Source: Puniceicoccaceae bacterium (GTDB taxonomy: Bacteria > Verrucomicrobiota > Verrucomicrobiia > Opitutales > Oceanipulchritudinaceae). From it: a stretch of DNA of 58,286 bases. Positions 35,450-46,594 of the stretch are shown piece after piece. Location of the stretch: positions 1 through 58,286 of the forward strand of contig JBFOMH010000033.1 in NCBI GenBank assembly GCA_040830765.1, written 5' to 3'. Below the pieces are notes generated by a model, which saw only the letters and a program-made list of their open reading frames with translations, had not been told where the DNA came from and searched no databases. Position 1 is the first letter of the stretch. Each line of letters begins with the position of its first letter. A program made the position numbers and the translations under genes.

Positions 35450-36556
35450 TCAGGCCTCCTGGCCATCAAAGGAAAAGGTCCCGTTTTGGGCCATGTTGCG
35501 CATCCAATGCTCAACCAGGACCAGCGCCGTCATGGCTTCGACTATCGGCACCGCCCGTGGGAGGACGCAGGCATCGTGCCGTCCCTTGCCCATCAGGGTG
35601 GTTGCTTCGCCCTCTGAGGTGACCGTGTCCTGCTCCTGCAGGATGGTTGCCGTCGGTTTGAAGGCGGTTCGGAAATAAAGGATTTCCCCGCTGGAAATAC
35701 CCCCAAGGACACCCCCGGCATTATTCGTCCGGGTGCGGATTTCGCCTTCCCGGTTCTCAAAGACATCATTGTGCTGGCTTCCCCGCAAACGGGTGCCGGA
35801 AAAGCCGCTCCCGATTTCGAATCCCTTGGTGGCCGGGATGGAAAGCATGGCCTTGGCCAGGTCCGCCTCAAGGCGGTCGAAAACCGGCTCGCCAAGACCC
35901 GCCGGCAATCCGCGGGCGACACAGGTAATGATTCCTCCAACGCTGTCGCCCTCGCTCCGCACTGCCTTGATGCGCTCGATCATCCTTGCCGCGGTCTCCC
36001 CGTCGGGACACCTCACCGGGGTTGCCTCGACGGCCTCCCGGGTGACCGTGGCCACATCCCCCGCCATCGATATATCCTCAATGGACTCAACGAAGGCCAC
36101 CACCTCGATACCCCCTGCCAATTGGAGAATCTTTCTGGCAATGGCCCCGGCGGCCACCCGGCCGATGGTTTCCCGGGCAGATGAACGACCCCCGCCTTCC
36201 GCCATGCGGCGCCCATATTTGGCATCGTAGGTATAGTCCGCATGGGATGGGCGGTAGGCCTTTTTCATCTCCGCATAGGCCGATGGACGGGCGTCCTTGT
36301 TGCGGACATTCATGGCGATGGGAGTGCCCAGGGTGTAGCCCTCGTTTATCCCCGAAAGGATCTCAACCGTGTCCGGTTCCTTTCTCGGGGTTGTGATATC
36401 GCTTTGCCCGGGACGGCGCCTGTCCAACTCGGACTGAATGTCCTCCACGCTGAGAGGCAAGCCCGGCGGACAGCCGTCGATGACGACTCCCACGCTGCCA
36501 CCATGGCTTTCTCCCCATGTGGAGATGCGGAACAGTTGACCGAAAGTGCTACCCAT
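35450..36556 (-). CDS. aroC: Chorismate synthase
   Basis: [43 protein letters not shown]. Confidence 0.97.
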   Translation of the reverse strand: MGSTFGQLFRISTWGESHGGSVGVVIDGCPPGLPLSVEDIQSELDRRRPGQSDITTPRKEPDTVEILSGINEGYTLGTPIAMNVRNKDARPSAYAEMKKAYRPSHADYTYDAKYGRRMAEGGGRSSARETIGRVAAGAIARKILQLAGGIEVVAFVESIEDISMAGDVATVTREAVEATPVRCPDGETAARMIERIKAVRSEGDSVGGIITCVARGLPAGLGEPVFDRLEADLAKAMLSIPATKGFEIGSGFSGTRLRGSQHNDVFENREGEIRTRTNNAGGVLGGISSGEILYFRTAFKPTATILQEQDTVTSEGEATTLMGKGRHDACVLPRAVPIVEAMTALVLVEHWMRNMAQNGTFSFDGQEA

Positions 36557-36644
36557 AACCAACAGGATGAACTGACGACCCCACCTTTCAAGCAAGAACA
36601 GCATTGCCTCATGACGGATGTCCGGTGAAGATGCGGAACGTGTT

Positions 36645-37418
36645 ATGAAATTTCCTTATCGTGCCATCTTTCCCGCGGGTATTCTCGCTGCACTGGTATT
36701 ATCGGGTGCGGGCCTCTTCGCCGCCGACCTGGAGGACTGGACCCTCGACGATGTCCTGGCCAAAGTCTCCGAGGCCAATGGAGGAGATAAAGCCTTAAAG
36801 TCCGTCATCAGCGCCCGCTTCCTGGGCGAAGTGGAGAATCCCAATGATTCCTATGATTTTGTCCTCCTGAAGAAGCGCCCGGACAAGTTGCGCATGCACC
36901 TGCGGTTCTTCCAGCGTTCCATCGAGCGCGGATTTGACGGTGACCATGGATGGGTCCGCCTGACCCAGCATGGTCGCGACAAGGTATTTCCCGTCGAGGG
37001 GGATGAACTTGTGAAAATGCGCATTGAATCAGACTTTGATGGCCCGCTTGTCGGTAGCGGCAGTGAGAATGTTGAGCGGCGGCTCCTTGGAATTGAGCGA
37101 ATCGAGCGAATCGATTACTTTGTCATTGAAGTGGAGACGCCCTTTTCCCTCGCCCACCACTATGTAGATTCCCGGACCTTCAGGGAGTTGAAGAATTTCA
37201 AGTGGCAAAAACCGGTTGATGACAAGTCACAGAAGACTGTTTCCTATTTCTATGAGAACCAGCGCCACAGCCAGATCTGGGTGGCCCATCGTGTTGAACG
37301 GGTTCTTGCGGATGGGAGCAAGGAGGTCATTCGCATCAATCAGGTTGAGATAAATCCGGGGCTCCTTGACCGGACGTTCGATGAACCAGCGGAGACGAAC
37401 CCGCTTCCAAAAAATTAA
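36645..37418 (+). CDS. Periplasmic LolA-like (outer-membrane lipoprotein-sorting) protein
   Basis: Signal peptide, [41 protein letters not shown]. Confidence 0.6.
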   Translation: MKFPYRAIFPAGILAALVLSGAGLFAADLEDWTLDDVLAKVSEANGGDKALKSVISARFLGEVENPNDSYDFVLLKKRPDKLRMHLRFFQRSIERGFDGDHGWVRLTQHGRDKVFPVEGDELVKMRIESDFDGPLVGSGSENVERRLLGIERIERIDYFVIEVETPFSLAHHYVDSRTFRELKNFKWQKPVDDKSQKTVSYFYENQRHSQIWVAHRVERVLADGSKEVIRINQVEINPGLLDRTFDEPAETNPLPKN

Positions 37419-37430
37419 GGAAGGACAGCG

Positions 37431-39893
37431 TTGGGCCGGGTGAACATAGCCTGGAATCGTTTTGGTCCCTGGTTTTGGGTTCCACTACTGGTTGTCCTGG
37501 GGGCGCTCTTTGCCTGGCAGTTGTTCCGGCTTCTGCCTCAGTGGGTTGAGGGCAAGATCGGGGAGTCCTTGCTCGAGTCGGGCATCGTTGCGACCGCATT
37601 GACCGTTGAGCGGGTTGCTCCTTCTGAAACCCTGCTGGGTCCATCCACCTTGGTTTATGGCCCGCATGTCCTCAATTGGGAGGCCTTGGAGGCGCAATAC
37701 AGCCTTGGGGCAATCTATTCCGGCCGGGTGGACCATCTGCACGTTGAAAAGCCGCACATAACGCTTCAGTTTCTGCCCCCGGCCCCGGGTCTTCCGGAGC
37801 CGCCTCCGGAGCTTCTTCCGGAACAGGTGGCAACTGCCCCCGCGCCATCGCCGGCGGAACCCGTTGCCAGCCAGCCTTCCGCGGAGCCGGCGCCATCCGG
37901 AACGGTGGCGAGGATTGAAAGGCCCGCTGTTGTGCTGCCCGGGCTGCGGGAGCGGTTGCTGGATATTCCCCTTGACGGTTTTTCCACCTCTGAAGGTGTA
38001 GTGGAAATATTAGTACAAGAAAATCCTGTCCCGGGTTTTACCTTTGGGGGCCAGATGAGCCGCCAGCCATTCGGCCTCTCCGGCGAGCTTTACCTTGAGA
38101 GTGAGGACATCCTGGCCCAACTTTCCCTGCGCGTGCCCAAGGCCAGGGAGCTAGTGACCTTTCAGGGAGAGGCCATTCTCCGGCGGGAGGGCCTTGGCTT
38201 GCTGGCCGGCGCCTGGTTGCCATACATTCCCCGCGGGGGAGAATTTCCCCGCATCCTGTCCTCCGGCCGCCTCGTCATGGATGCCCTCCTGGAAATCCCC
38301 TCCGCCGCCTCTCCTTACGGCAGCCTTGAGGCAACCATGGACGAGCTGCTACTGGAAGTACCATCCTCACCCTTGCAATTGCAACTGAACGATCTCCTGC
38401 TGGCCGGGACCTTGCAGGAGGATGTCGTTCGCCTTCAGGGTGGTGCCGAGGTCCAGTTTGCCGGGCCGGAAAACCTGTTCGTCGAACCCTTTGCCATCCG
38501 GTTCACCCACGAACCGGGTGGAGCGGGTACCATCGAAACGGAGGCTTTTCATTGGAACTACGGCAGCCTTTCCGCACTCACCGCATTGCGGGGATTTTTG
38601 CATGAAGAAGATGCGGGTCTCCACTTGCGGACCGAAATCGCTTTTTCGGAATTCCTGACCCCGTATTTCCAGATGGAACCGTTCTCCCTGCTCGTGCAAG
38701 GTGCAGGAAGTCGCTACTCGCTTGTCGCCAGCCCATCAGGCCTGAAACGGTCCGGTACGATCTGGCTGGAGCAACTGCAGGCGGATTGGGACGGGACACA
38801 GCACAAAGGCTCAGCGGGAATGGAAGTGTTTGGCTTGTCGGGAGGACCCATGGGGTCTGTTGTCGCAACCGTCAACGCTGCCCCAACCGAAGCCCTCGAA
38901 GTTGCCATCGACCTTCTGAATCCTGCAGGTGAAGGTTTCCTGAGTGGATTCCTGAACAAGGCAAACAGGACGATCGATGCCGGTTTAAACGGAACAGCTT
39001 CCCTTGCCTGGATAAATGAATTCCTCAAGTGGAGCTCAATGGGTGACGTCCAGTTCGATGGCCCGGATCCGGAGATTGACTTCAGCCTGTCTGGCAAATC
39101 CCCCTTCTTTTCAGGAGACTTCCTCATCTCAATGAATGGAGCTTCAGCCTGGCTGAGCGAAGACCTGCGTGCCGAAGGACTGCGCGGAGATTCCACCCTG
39201 GAAATCCGCAGCCTGCCCCGGACGCGCGGCTTGCAGACGTTGACAGCGGATCTCCTGTCCAGTGGTCAGCTGGTCCTGTCGGATCTTGAACTGGATTGGG
39301 AGTTGCCCACCTTCCGGACCCTGGCAGTCCGACGTCTGGAAGCCTGGATTGGGGAAGGTCGGGTCCGTGTCCGGCCCTTCACCATGGATCCGATGGAACC
39401 CCGTATTCGAACGGTGCTGGAGTTTCAGGGCTTGTCGGGCAATGAGCTTTTGAGGTGGCTGGGTGAGGAAAGATTCCAAATTGAGGGGGCTGTATCCGGA
39501 CAATTGGCCATCGGGTGGGACAATGGCGCCCTGGTTCTTGGAAAAGGACTCATCCATCTTGATGAAGGCCAGCAGCGTGGCCGCTTCATTTTCGCTGACC
39601 CGGATTTCCTCAAGGAACGGTTCGCGGCCTTCGGAGGGGTGCCGGCAGAGCTGAAACAGCGGTTCCTTGACACTTTGCAGCAGCAGGGAATCCACATTAC
39701 TTCCCTGTCCGCGGAACTGCGGGAGGCGGACAAACCTGACCACTTCCTTCTACGCATTGCAGTTTCAGGAGAGTCACGGACGGAATTGTTGGAGGTTCCC
39801 ATAGAGGGCCTTGTCATTAACAACATCATCTCCGCCAATGACCTGGGTTATCTCCTTGGCTTGTTGGGGCCCATCCAGATTGAAGCTCAGTGA
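37431..39893 (+). CDS. YdbH-like (AsmA-like) intermembrane lipid transport protein
   Basis: N-terminal TM anchor, long beta-rich body, C-terminal IEGAVSGQLAI segment, followed by ynbE- and ydbL-like genes. Confidence 0.7.
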   Translation: MGRVNIAWNRFGPWFWVPLLVVLGALFAWQLFRLLPQWVEGKIGESLLESGIVATALTVERVAPSETLLGPSTLVYGPHVLNWEALEAQYSLGAIYSGRVDHLHVEKPHITLQFLPPAPGLPEPPPELLPEQVATAPAPSPAEPVASQPSAEPAPSGTVARIERPAVVLPGLRERLLDIPLDGFSTSEGVVEILVQENPVPGFTFGGQMSRQPFGLSGELYLESEDILAQLSLRVPKARELVTFQGEAILRREGLGLLAGAWLPYIPRGGEFPRILSSGRLVMDALLEIPSAASPYGSLEATMDELLLEVPSSPLQLQLNDLLLAGTLQEDVVRLQGGAEVQFAGPENLFVEPFAIRFTHEPGGAGTIETEAFHWNYGSLSALTALRGFLHEEDAGLHLRTEIAFSEFLTPYFQMEPFSLLVQGAGSRYSLVASPSGLKRSGTIWLEQLQADWDGTQHKGSAGMEVFGLSGGPMGSVVATVNAAPTEALEVAIDLLNPAGEGFLSGFLNKANRTIDAGLNGTASLAWINEFLKWSSMGDVQFDGPDPEIDFSLSGKSPFFSGDFLISMNGASAWLSEDLRAEGLRGDSTLEIRSLPRTRGLQTLTADLLSSGQLVLSDLELDWELPTFRTLAVRRLEAWIGEGRVRVRPFTMDPMEPRIRTVLEFQGLSGNELLRWLGEERFQIEGAVSGQLAIGWDNGALVLGKGLIHLDEGQQRGRFIFADPDFLKERFAAFGGVPAELKQRFLDTLQQQGIHITSLSAELREADKPDHFLLRIAVSGESRTELLEVPIEGLVINNIISANDLGYLLGLLGPIQIEAQ

Positions 39894-39952
39894 AACCGTG
39901 CCAATTTCCCCCGGGATTGACCTGTCTCAGGGAATCAGCTAAACAGGCATCC

Positions 39953-40192
39953 ATGAAGAAACCATTTTGTCCGGTTCGGTCGCTGCGCTTCCCTATCGCG
40001 GGATTGTCAGCCCTCATGATCTGCCTGTCGGGCTGCGTCCAGGTGAAGACCGAACCCATCCGCATTGAGCCGATTTACATTGAGATCACCGTCAATCACA
40101 AGGTCCAGCAGGAGCTGGATGACCTCTTTGCCGACATTGACCAGGCATCAGACACGGCGGATTACGCGCCCGTCACAACTCCCGAAGAGTAA
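39953..40192 (+). CDS. YnbE-like lipoprotein
   Basis: Lipobox LSGC and PIRIEPIYIEITVNHKVQQELDDLF. Confidence 0.75.
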   Translation: MKKPFCPVRSLRFPIAGLSALMICLSGCVQVKTEPIRIEPIYIEITVNHKVQQELDDLFADIDQASDTADYAPVTTPEE

Positions 40193-40208
40193 CCCAAGCT
40201 TTTTAGTC

Positions 40209-40589
40209 ATGAAAAAAACCATCATTTCCTTCCTCCCGTTCCTGTTCCTGCTGGCGCTTGTTCCAGTGACCGCACTGGCGGACTCGGCCACGGAAGCAAC
40301 CGAGCGGATCAAGGATCGTCTGGCCCAGGTTGACAGTATGAAGGCCTCCGGTGAAGTCGGTGAGGATGCTTTCGGATTTCTCGCTCCCCGCAGCGAATTG
40401 GGACCGCGCCAAAAGTCCATTGTCGAATCAGAGAACGCCGATCGCCGTATCATCTATGAGGCCATTGCAAGCCGTGCCGGGCAGACCATGGAAGCGGTCG
40501 GCCAGCAGCGGGCCATCCAGATCGCCACCCGTGCCCGCTCAGGAGTGTGGCTCCAGAAGCCGGATGGTGAATGGTACCAGAAGCCCTGA
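40209..40589 (+). CDS. YdbL / DUF1318 family protein
   Basis: Signal peptide, KASGEVGEDAFGFL, ENADRRIIYEAIA, GVWLQKPDGEW. Confidence 0.85.
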   Translation: MKKTIISFLPFLFLLALVPVTALADSATEATERIKDRLAQVDSMKASGEVGEDAFGFLAPRSELGPRQKSIVESENADRRIIYEAIASRAGQTMEAVGQQRAIQIATRARSGVWLQKPDGEWYQKP

Positions 40590-40596
40590 AGTGGAT

Positions 40597-40905
40597 TCAG
40601 GCAGGCCCGGGCCTATTGATGACATCCGGGCCGGCCTTGCCGGCGACCCGATGATATTTGCCCGTCGTCTTATCTTTTTCGTACTTGGTGAAGCCTGATT
40701 TCTCCAGCTTCTTGTTGTCGAGTTTCTCCTTGGTCTGACCGGGCGTGTAGCGGGTGGCCAGGTTGGGTGGCAGGAAAACCCGCCGGACCGGAGCACCGGT
40801 ATCGGGATGCGTGCTCAGGGCCTCATCCTGCATCGACTGGTGGACCTCAAACCGCTCCCCCGGAGTTCCATCCGGATTAATACACTCATAGACGTAAATG
40901 GGCAT
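40597..40905 (-). CDS. FmdB-family zinc-ribbon regulatory protein
   Basis: MPIYVYEC...FEVHQSM...PVRRV. Only one of the usual four Cys is retained. Confidence 0.8.
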   Translation of the reverse strand: MPIYVYECINPDGTPGERFEVHQSMQDEALSTHPDTGAPVRRVFLPPNLATRYTPGQTKEKLDNKKLEKSGFTKYEKDKTTGKYHRVAGKAGPDVINRPGPA

Positions 40906-41031
40906 GTAGCTACGTTAGGCAAGGAAGGCTGTATTTCCAGCATTAAGCATAAAATTGCGGTCAAGAGTGCTCCAGGAAGGACTCGGGACTTGATGCGTCG
41001 AGCATTTCTGATCAGGCTGGCTGCATCGCTT

Positions 41032-44000
41032 ATGTCGGATAACATACCAGCCCCAGCCAAGCGTCCGCCGGTTCTCCTAAACCACTTCATTGGGTTTCTC
41101 TTTTACCTGGGTGCCGCCGGCATTGGCCTGGAAATGGCCTTGTGGCAGCAATACGCTCCCCTCATCTGGCCCCCGGCGGGCGTCGGGGTGGTGTTTCTCC
41201 TGCTCGGGCGGATGCACCTCCTGCCGGTTATCTTTTTTGGTGCCTTTGTCGTGCGTCTCTTTGAGGGAGGCGGCCTTCCCGATGCCTTTGTTTTCGGGGC
41301 TGCCTATTCCCTGACCAGCTACCTGACCTTCCTCGTCTTGAAGCGCTACTGTGGATTCCGCAATAGTCTCGAGCGGATCGTCGATGTCGCTTCCTTCCTG
41401 TTCTTTGCCGTCCTGCTCATCCCCGTGCTCAGTTCACTGATGACGACAACGGCGATCTGGGTCTTTACGCCGGACTTCTGCCCTGACTTTATCGCCATGA
41501 ATTCGGTGCGCTGGCTCAGTGATGCGCTCGGGGTCATGGTCGTGGCGCCCTTTCTTCTGGTCTGGTACTCGAAGACCCGGATCAACTGGCGTAATGAGCA
41601 GACCGTCGAGGTCCTTATCTGGATGGCCATCCTCATTTTTCTGGGAGCGCTTGTCTTCCGTAACTGGGCGCCGACCGACACGCTCCGCTATCCAATGGAG
41701 CTGGCCATGTTTCCCATCATGGCCTGGGCGGCCATCCGCTTCGGGCAGCGGGGAGTAACCCTCGGCATCCTCATCGCCTCCATGATGGCAGTGTGGGAGC
41801 TGCGCGATGTCATTGGGCCGGATGCGATCAAGACCATAAGCCAGCCCCCGGGCTACTTGTGGGTATTCGTGGGTGTCCTCTCCCTGACCTCGCTCTTCCT
41901 CGCCGCCACCTGGACGGAGTTGCGGCAACGGGAAGACCAGTTGCGGACCAACGAGGAGCGCCTGCGGGCATTTGTCCATGCCATGCCAGACCTGGCACTG
42001 GTCTTTCAGGAAGATGGGACCTGCTCGGAGATTTTCGCCCCGGTTAACAGTCACTTCCGGGATCGTCTCGACTCCTTCCGGAACAAGCCTTTGGAGGCCA
42101 TTTATCCACCGGACCTGGCCCGCAAGTTCCGGGACACCATCAGTGAGGTTGTCGGGAACCGTGACCTGGCCATTATTCGTTACGCTATTTCAGTTGACGG
42201 GGAGGACCGCATCTTTGAGGGGCGGTTTGCCCCAATTGAAGTTTTCGGGGAACAACCAGCGGCCGTCATGGTGGTTTCCTATGATCTGACCGATAACCAA
42301 CTGGCCCGACAGGACCTGCAGAAGCGGGACCTCCTCCTGAAGGCGCTGACCGAGGCAGAGGGTATCCTGCTCCGGGAGAACCTCTACAACCGTGGCGTGC
42401 GGCGGGCCATCGAGTGTATTGGAAAGGGAGTGGCCCTCGACATGGTCCAGGTGTACCGCATCCATCCTGATACCGGGGAGGGGCTGCGACTGGAATGCAC
42501 GCATGAGTGGATGCGGGAGAATCCCCTCACGTTTGGCGCGCAGGCCGTTACTGCGGAAACGTTGAGTACCCTTTCCCCGCTCTGGAAGGAGATCTTCGAG
42601 AACAGCGAAGAGTGGGCCTTGCATTATTCCGAAGCGAACGAGGACATGCGGAATTTCCTCAACCTGCTTGGGATGCGCTCCATCACCATGGTAGGAATGA
42701 ATCCCGCCGGTGGGGATCCCGGGTTTATCCTCTTTGGTAGCACGCTCGAGCGCTCGGGCAAGGACCGCCATGCCAATGCTGTCCTCCTCTCCATTGCCGA
42801 GAGCCTCCGGGCTTACACGGAGACCCAGCTCAACCAGGACGAGCTCAACCGGGCCAAGGAAGCCGCCATTGCTGCCGACCATGCCAAAAGCGAATTCCTG
42901 GCCATTATGAGCCATGAAATCCGCACGCCCATGAATGCCATTATCGGCTTCTCGGATCTGCTGCACCAGACAGAGATGACGGCGCAGCAAAAGGAGTATG
43001 TTGATATCATTCTCCGCAGCGGCAATGACCTGCTCGACCTCATCAACAACATTCTTGATTTCTCAAAGCTGGAATCCAACAGCATTGAGCTCGAGCGGAC
43101 CCGCTTCAACATGGAGACGGCGATCATGGAAGCGCTCGAGATGGTCCTGTTCCGGGCCAAGGAAAAGGGCATCGACATGCACTACAATTGTGCCGCCGAC
43201 GCCAAGACCATCTTCTGGGGGGACCCCTTGCGGCTGCGCCAGATTTTGCTCAACCTGCTCACCAATGCGGTCAAGTTCACCCATGAAGGCTCCGTCTCCC
43301 TTGATGTGGCAGTCCTTGAGAAGGACGATCCGTGGTACACGGTCGAGTTCAAGGTCGCCGATACCGGAATTGGCATTCCCGAGGAAAACCGGGGCGAGCT
43401 CTTCAAGGCCTTCCGCCAGATAGATACCTCAACCACGCGCGAATATGGGGGAACCGGACTGGGCCTGACCATTGTCCAACGACTGGTCGATAAGATGGGG
43501 GGCCGCGTCTCCATGGAGAGCAGCGTGGGCAAGGGCTCGGTGTTTAGTGTCGTGGTCCGCCTGCAGCGGGACACCACCGGTGAGGCCCACCAGTTGGCTT
43601 CGCGTCCCAAGACCAGACTCGATAAGTCCTTTGCCGAGGACTACCCATTGAAAATCCTCGTCGTGGAGGACGACCTGGTAAACACCCGCCTGATCTGCGA
43701 AATCCTCGAGCGGTTGGGTTACAGCGTCGAGGCAGTGAGCGATGGCTACAAGGCGCTCTCGGTATTGGCGGAGGGCCGGCACAACCTGGTCTTGATGGAC
43801 ATGCAAATGGCCCGTCTGGATGGTATCGAGACAACGGTGCGGATCCGTGCCGGCGAATGCGGCAGGAAAGCCCAGGACATCAACATCATCGCCTTGACGG
43901 CCCTCGCCCTTCAGGAAGAAAAGGACCGTATCATGGAGAGTGGGGTGGACTATTACCTCTCCAAACCAATTGGCCTGGCCGATTTGAAGCACATTCTCCG

Positions 44001-44034
44001 GGAGGTCTCCTCCAAGGTTTCCGGGAAGGCATGA
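41032..44034 (+). CDS. Hybrid sensor histidine kinase (MASE1 membrane domain, PAS, HisKA, HATPase, REC)
   Basis: IWPPAG and WLSDALG (MASE1), FLAIMSHEIRTPMN, NAVKFT, DTGIGI, GGTGLGL, LMDMQM...KP. Confidence 0.93.
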   Translation: MSDNIPAPAKRPPVLLNHFIGFLFYLGAAGIGLEMALWQQYAPLIWPPAGVGVVFLLLGRMHLLPVIFFGAFVVRLFEGGGLPDAFVFGAAYSLTSYLTFLVLKRYCGFRNSLERIVDVASFLFFAVLLIPVLSSLMTTTAIWVFTPDFCPDFIAMNSVRWLSDALGVMVVAPFLLVWYSKTRINWRNEQTVEVLIWMAILIFLGALVFRNWAPTDTLRYPMELAMFPIMAWAAIRFGQRGVTLGILIASMMAVWELRDVIGPDAIKTISQPPGYLWVFVGVLSLTSLFLAATWTELRQREDQLRTNEERLRAFVHAMPDLALVFQEDGTCSEIFAPVNSHFRDRLDSFRNKPLEAIYPPDLARKFRDTISEVVGNRDLAIIRYAISVDGEDRIFEGRFAPIEVFGEQPAAVMVVSYDLTDNQLARQDLQKRDLLLKALTEAEGILLRENLYNRGVRRAIECIGKGVALDMVQVYRIHPDTGEGLRLECTHEWMRENPLTFGAQAVTAETLSTLSPLWKEIFENSEEWALHYSEANEDMRNFLNLLGMRSITMVGMNPAGGDPGFILFGSTLERSGKDRHANAVLLSIAESLRAYTETQLNQDELNRAKEAAIAADHAKSEFLAIMSHEIRTPMNAIIGFSDLLHQTEMTAQQKEYVDIILRSGNDLLDLINNILDFSKLESNSIELERTRFNMETAIMEALEMVLFRAKEKGIDMHYNCAADAKTIFWGDPLRLRQILLNLLTNAVKFTHEGSVSLDVAVLEKDDPWYTVEFKVADTGIGIPEENRGELFKAFRQIDTSTTREYGGTGLGLTIVQRLVDKMGGRVSMESSVGKGSVFSVVVRLQRDTTGEAHQLASRPKTRLDKSFAEDYPLKILVVEDDLVNTRLICEILERLGYSVEAVSDGYKALSVLAEGRHNLVLMDMQMARLDGIETTVRIRAGECGRKAQDINIIALTALALQEEKDRIMESGVDYYLSKPIGLADLKHILREVSSKVSGKA

Positions 44035-44062
44035 AAAAGCCCCGGCTGATTCAACCGGGGCT
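44034..44062 (-). terminator. Rho-independent terminator for rplU-rpmA
   Basis: Stem agccccgg / ccggggct with a T-run on the minus strand. Confidence 0.7.
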
Positions 44063-44086
44063 GGTAAAGATAAACTGACTCTCGCC

Positions 44087-44335
44087 TTATGCTTCGGCGA
44101 AGACGTTGACACGACGCTTGGCCGCTTCCCACTTCACCTTGCCGTCCTTGAGGGCGAAAAGGGTGTGGTCCTTGCCAATCCCGACATTGTCACCTGGGTG
44201 GAAGCGGGTTCCGCGCTGGCGGATAAGGATCGTTCCCGCGGAAACGAGATGTCCGTCGTAACGCTTGACGCCCAGTCGCTTGCTGTTGCTGTCGCGTCCG
44301 TTCTTACTGGTTCCCTGACCTTTCTTGTGTGCCAT
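44087..44335 (-). CDS. rpmA: 50S ribosomal protein L27
   Basis: [16 protein letters not shown]...RQRGT...GKDHTLFA. Confidence 0.98.
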   Translation of the reverse strand: MAHKKGQGTSKNGRDSNSKRLGVKRYDGHLVSAGTILIRQRGTRFHPGDNVGIGKDHTLFALKDGKVKWEAAKRRVNVFAEA

Positions 44336-44354
44336 GGCTTAAATTCCTTTGTGG

Positions 44355-44669
44355 TTAGGCGTTGATGGATTCGATCTTGATGACGGAAAGCTCCTGGCGA
44401 TGGCCCCGCTTGTTGCGGTAGCCCTTGCGGCGCTTCTTCTTGAACACGGTCACTTTCTTGCCGCGCTTGTTTTCCAGGATTTTGGCCTGGACGGAGGCAC
44501 CCTCCACCATGGGAGTTCCAAATTTCATGGATTCACCCTCGCCAACAGAGAGGACGGTGTCGATGGTTACAGAGTCCCCGCTGGCCGTGTCCTGGTACCG
44601 GTTGACGAAGAGAACGTCGCCTTCCTGGACGGTGAATTGCCTTCCTTGAGTTTTGATTGTCGCTTTCAT
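44355..44669 (-). CDS. rplU: 50S ribosomal protein L21
   Basis: [10 protein letters not shown]...[16 protein letters not shown]. Confidence 0.98.
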   Translation of the reverse strand: MKATIKTQGRQFTVQEGDVLFVNRYQDTASGDSVTIDTVLSVGEGESMKFGTPMVEGASVQAKILENKRGKKVTVFKKKRRKGYRNKRGHRQELSVIKIESINA

Positions 44670-44798
44670 CGGAAAAAAACGGGCAACTAAAGAGGGACCG
44701 CTCGCAAAAGCAAGCTATTTTATACAATGACCTCTTCACAACCCTATTCCATTGGAATTCTGTTGATTGGGGTGTGAAAAATGCCTCTCATGGGCGTC

Positions 44799-45668
44799 AT
44801 GACAGAGCGGACTATCAACGCGGAGCGGGAAAAGGCCCTGATTGGGTTGCTGGATGACCCGTCCCCGGTGGTCCGGGAGGCCCTCACCGGCGAATTTACC
44901 CGCATGGGCCCGGATGGGGTGGCTCTCTTGCAGAAAGCGCTCGAGGAGACGACGGGTGAAGCCCGGAATCATGCCTCCTTCCTGTTGGAGAGCATTGCGC
45001 CTGCCGATCCGGCACAAATGCTGGTCAATTTCATCCGGGGCCTGCAGTACGACCTCGAGACCGGGTTTTACCTTATTAACAAGGTTTTATCGCCCAATCT
45101 GGAAATTGAGACCTTGCGGCGCCAACTGGACGAAATGGCCCGCCGTTGCCGGGAGATCCTTGTCGCCCCCAGTAGCGAGCAGGAGAAATGCAAGGTAATC
45201 AACCGGATCCTGTTTCATGAATTTGGGTTCCGCGGTGACCGGGAAGATTACGAAAACCCGCTCAACAGCTGCCTGGATGCCGTCATACGCCGTCGGCGCG
45301 GTCTGCCCATCACCCTTTCGGTGATGTACATTTTGGTCGCCCAGCGAATCGGAATGGATCTGGAGCCGATTGGGCTGCCGGGGCATTTCATGGTCGGCTG
45401 TTTCCACGGCGAAAGGCCTTTCTATGTCGATCCTTTCGATGGGGGTCGTTTTCACGACCTTGGCGGCATCCGTGAATTACTGGAGTCGCAGGACATCTCA
45501 CCGGAGCTGTACCATGTCGTTCCGGTACCCGTGGGGGAGGTCCTTTGCCGGGCATGCCGCAACCTGGTGGGCCACTTTGAGGGCCGGGGCCAACATGACT
45601 GGGCCAACCGGTTTCGCGTTTTCGTACAGGAATTTGAGCAGACCCATCAGCGGGAAAGCCAGGCGTGA
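44799..45668 (+). CDS. Transglutaminase-like (SirB1/Transglut_core2) protein
   Basis: GFRGDREDY..P.NS, RRGLPITLS, GLPGHF, YVDPFDGG. Confidence 0.85.
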   Translation: MTERTINAEREKALIGLLDDPSPVVREALTGEFTRMGPDGVALLQKALEETTGEARNHASFLLESIAPADPAQMLVNFIRGLQYDLETGFYLINKVLSPNLEIETLRRQLDEMARRCREILVAPSSEQEKCKVINRILFHEFGFRGDREDYENPLNSCLDAVIRRRRGLPITLSVMYILVAQRIGMDLEPIGLPGHFMVGCFHGERPFYVDPFDGGRFHDLGGIRELLESQDISPELYHVVPVPVGEVLCRACRNLVGHFEGRGQHDWANRFRVFVQEFEQTHQRESQA

Positions 45669-46594
45669 CAGGAACCATGGAGGTGCATACGCTGGAGAGG
45701 CTTGAACTGGCTGCCCCACTGGGAAAACGGTTGGTCGTCCTCGGGGATCCGATTTCCCATTCCCTCAGCCCGGCCATGCATAATGCCGCCTTGGCGGAAA
45801 TGGCCAGCGAATGGCCGGAATTGGCCGACTGGCGCTACGAGGCGGTGCACGTTCCGGCGGTGGACCTGCCCCAGGCATTACCTCTTCTGCACGAGGCCGG
45901 TGTTGCCGGGATCAACCTGACCATCCCGCACAAGGTGCAGGTGTTGGGAATCATCGAGGAAGTGGATGCCCTTTCGAGCCGCATGGGGGCGGTGAATACA
46001 CTGGTCCGTACAGCGACCGGCTACCGGGGAACCAACACCGATGGATACGGCATCCTGAAGGCAATCGATGAATCCTTCCAGCGTACGCCAGAAGGGACGG
46101 ATGTCTGGATTTTTGGTGCTGGAGGAGCCGCCCGGGGCATCATCGTGGCCTGCCTGGAGGCCGGAGCCGCAAGGGTGACTGTTCTTAACCGAAGCTCCGC
46201 CCGTCTGGAGGAACTTCAAGCGGTCCTTGCGTCAGGCAGTGTCCCCGGATTGGAGAAGGTCCGGTTTCATTCCCTTGTGGAAGCGCCGGTCGATGCCGGG
46301 GAGGGAGCCATATTGATTAATGCCACCTCCCTGGGGCTGAAAGAGTCCGATCCGAGTCCCGTTGCTGCCGCATATCTGAAACCGGGTTCGGTGGTCTATG
46401 ACACGACCTATGGCTCTGCCAACCAATTGGCGGCTGATTGTCGCGAAGCGGGCATTGCCTATTCCGATGGAATTTCCATGCTTGTCTGGCAGGGTGTCCG
46501 CAGCCTTGAGATTTGGACCGGCAAGTCCGTTCCAGCCAAGGCCATGTGCCGTGCGGTGGATGCTGAATTAATTCGGAGAAAAGAACATGGATGA
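45665..46594 (+). CDS. aroE: Shikimate dehydrogenase
   Basis: HSLSPAMHN, NLTIPHK, GAVNT, NTDG, GAGGAA, NATSLG. Confidence 0.95.
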   Translation: MTGTMEVHTLERLELAAPLGKRLVVLGDPISHSLSPAMHNAALAEMASEWPELADWRYEAVHVPAVDLPQALPLLHEAGVAGINLTIPHKVQVLGIIEEVDALSSRMGAVNTLVRTATGYRGTNTDGYGILKAIDESFQRTPEGTDVWIFGAGGAARGIIVACLEAGAARVTVLNRSSARLEELQAVLASGSVPGLEKVRFHSLVEAPVDAGEGAILINATSLGLKESDPSPVAAAYLKPGSVVYDTTYGSANQLAADCREAGIAYSDGISMLVWQGVRSLEIWTGKSVPAKAMCRAVDAELIRRKEHG

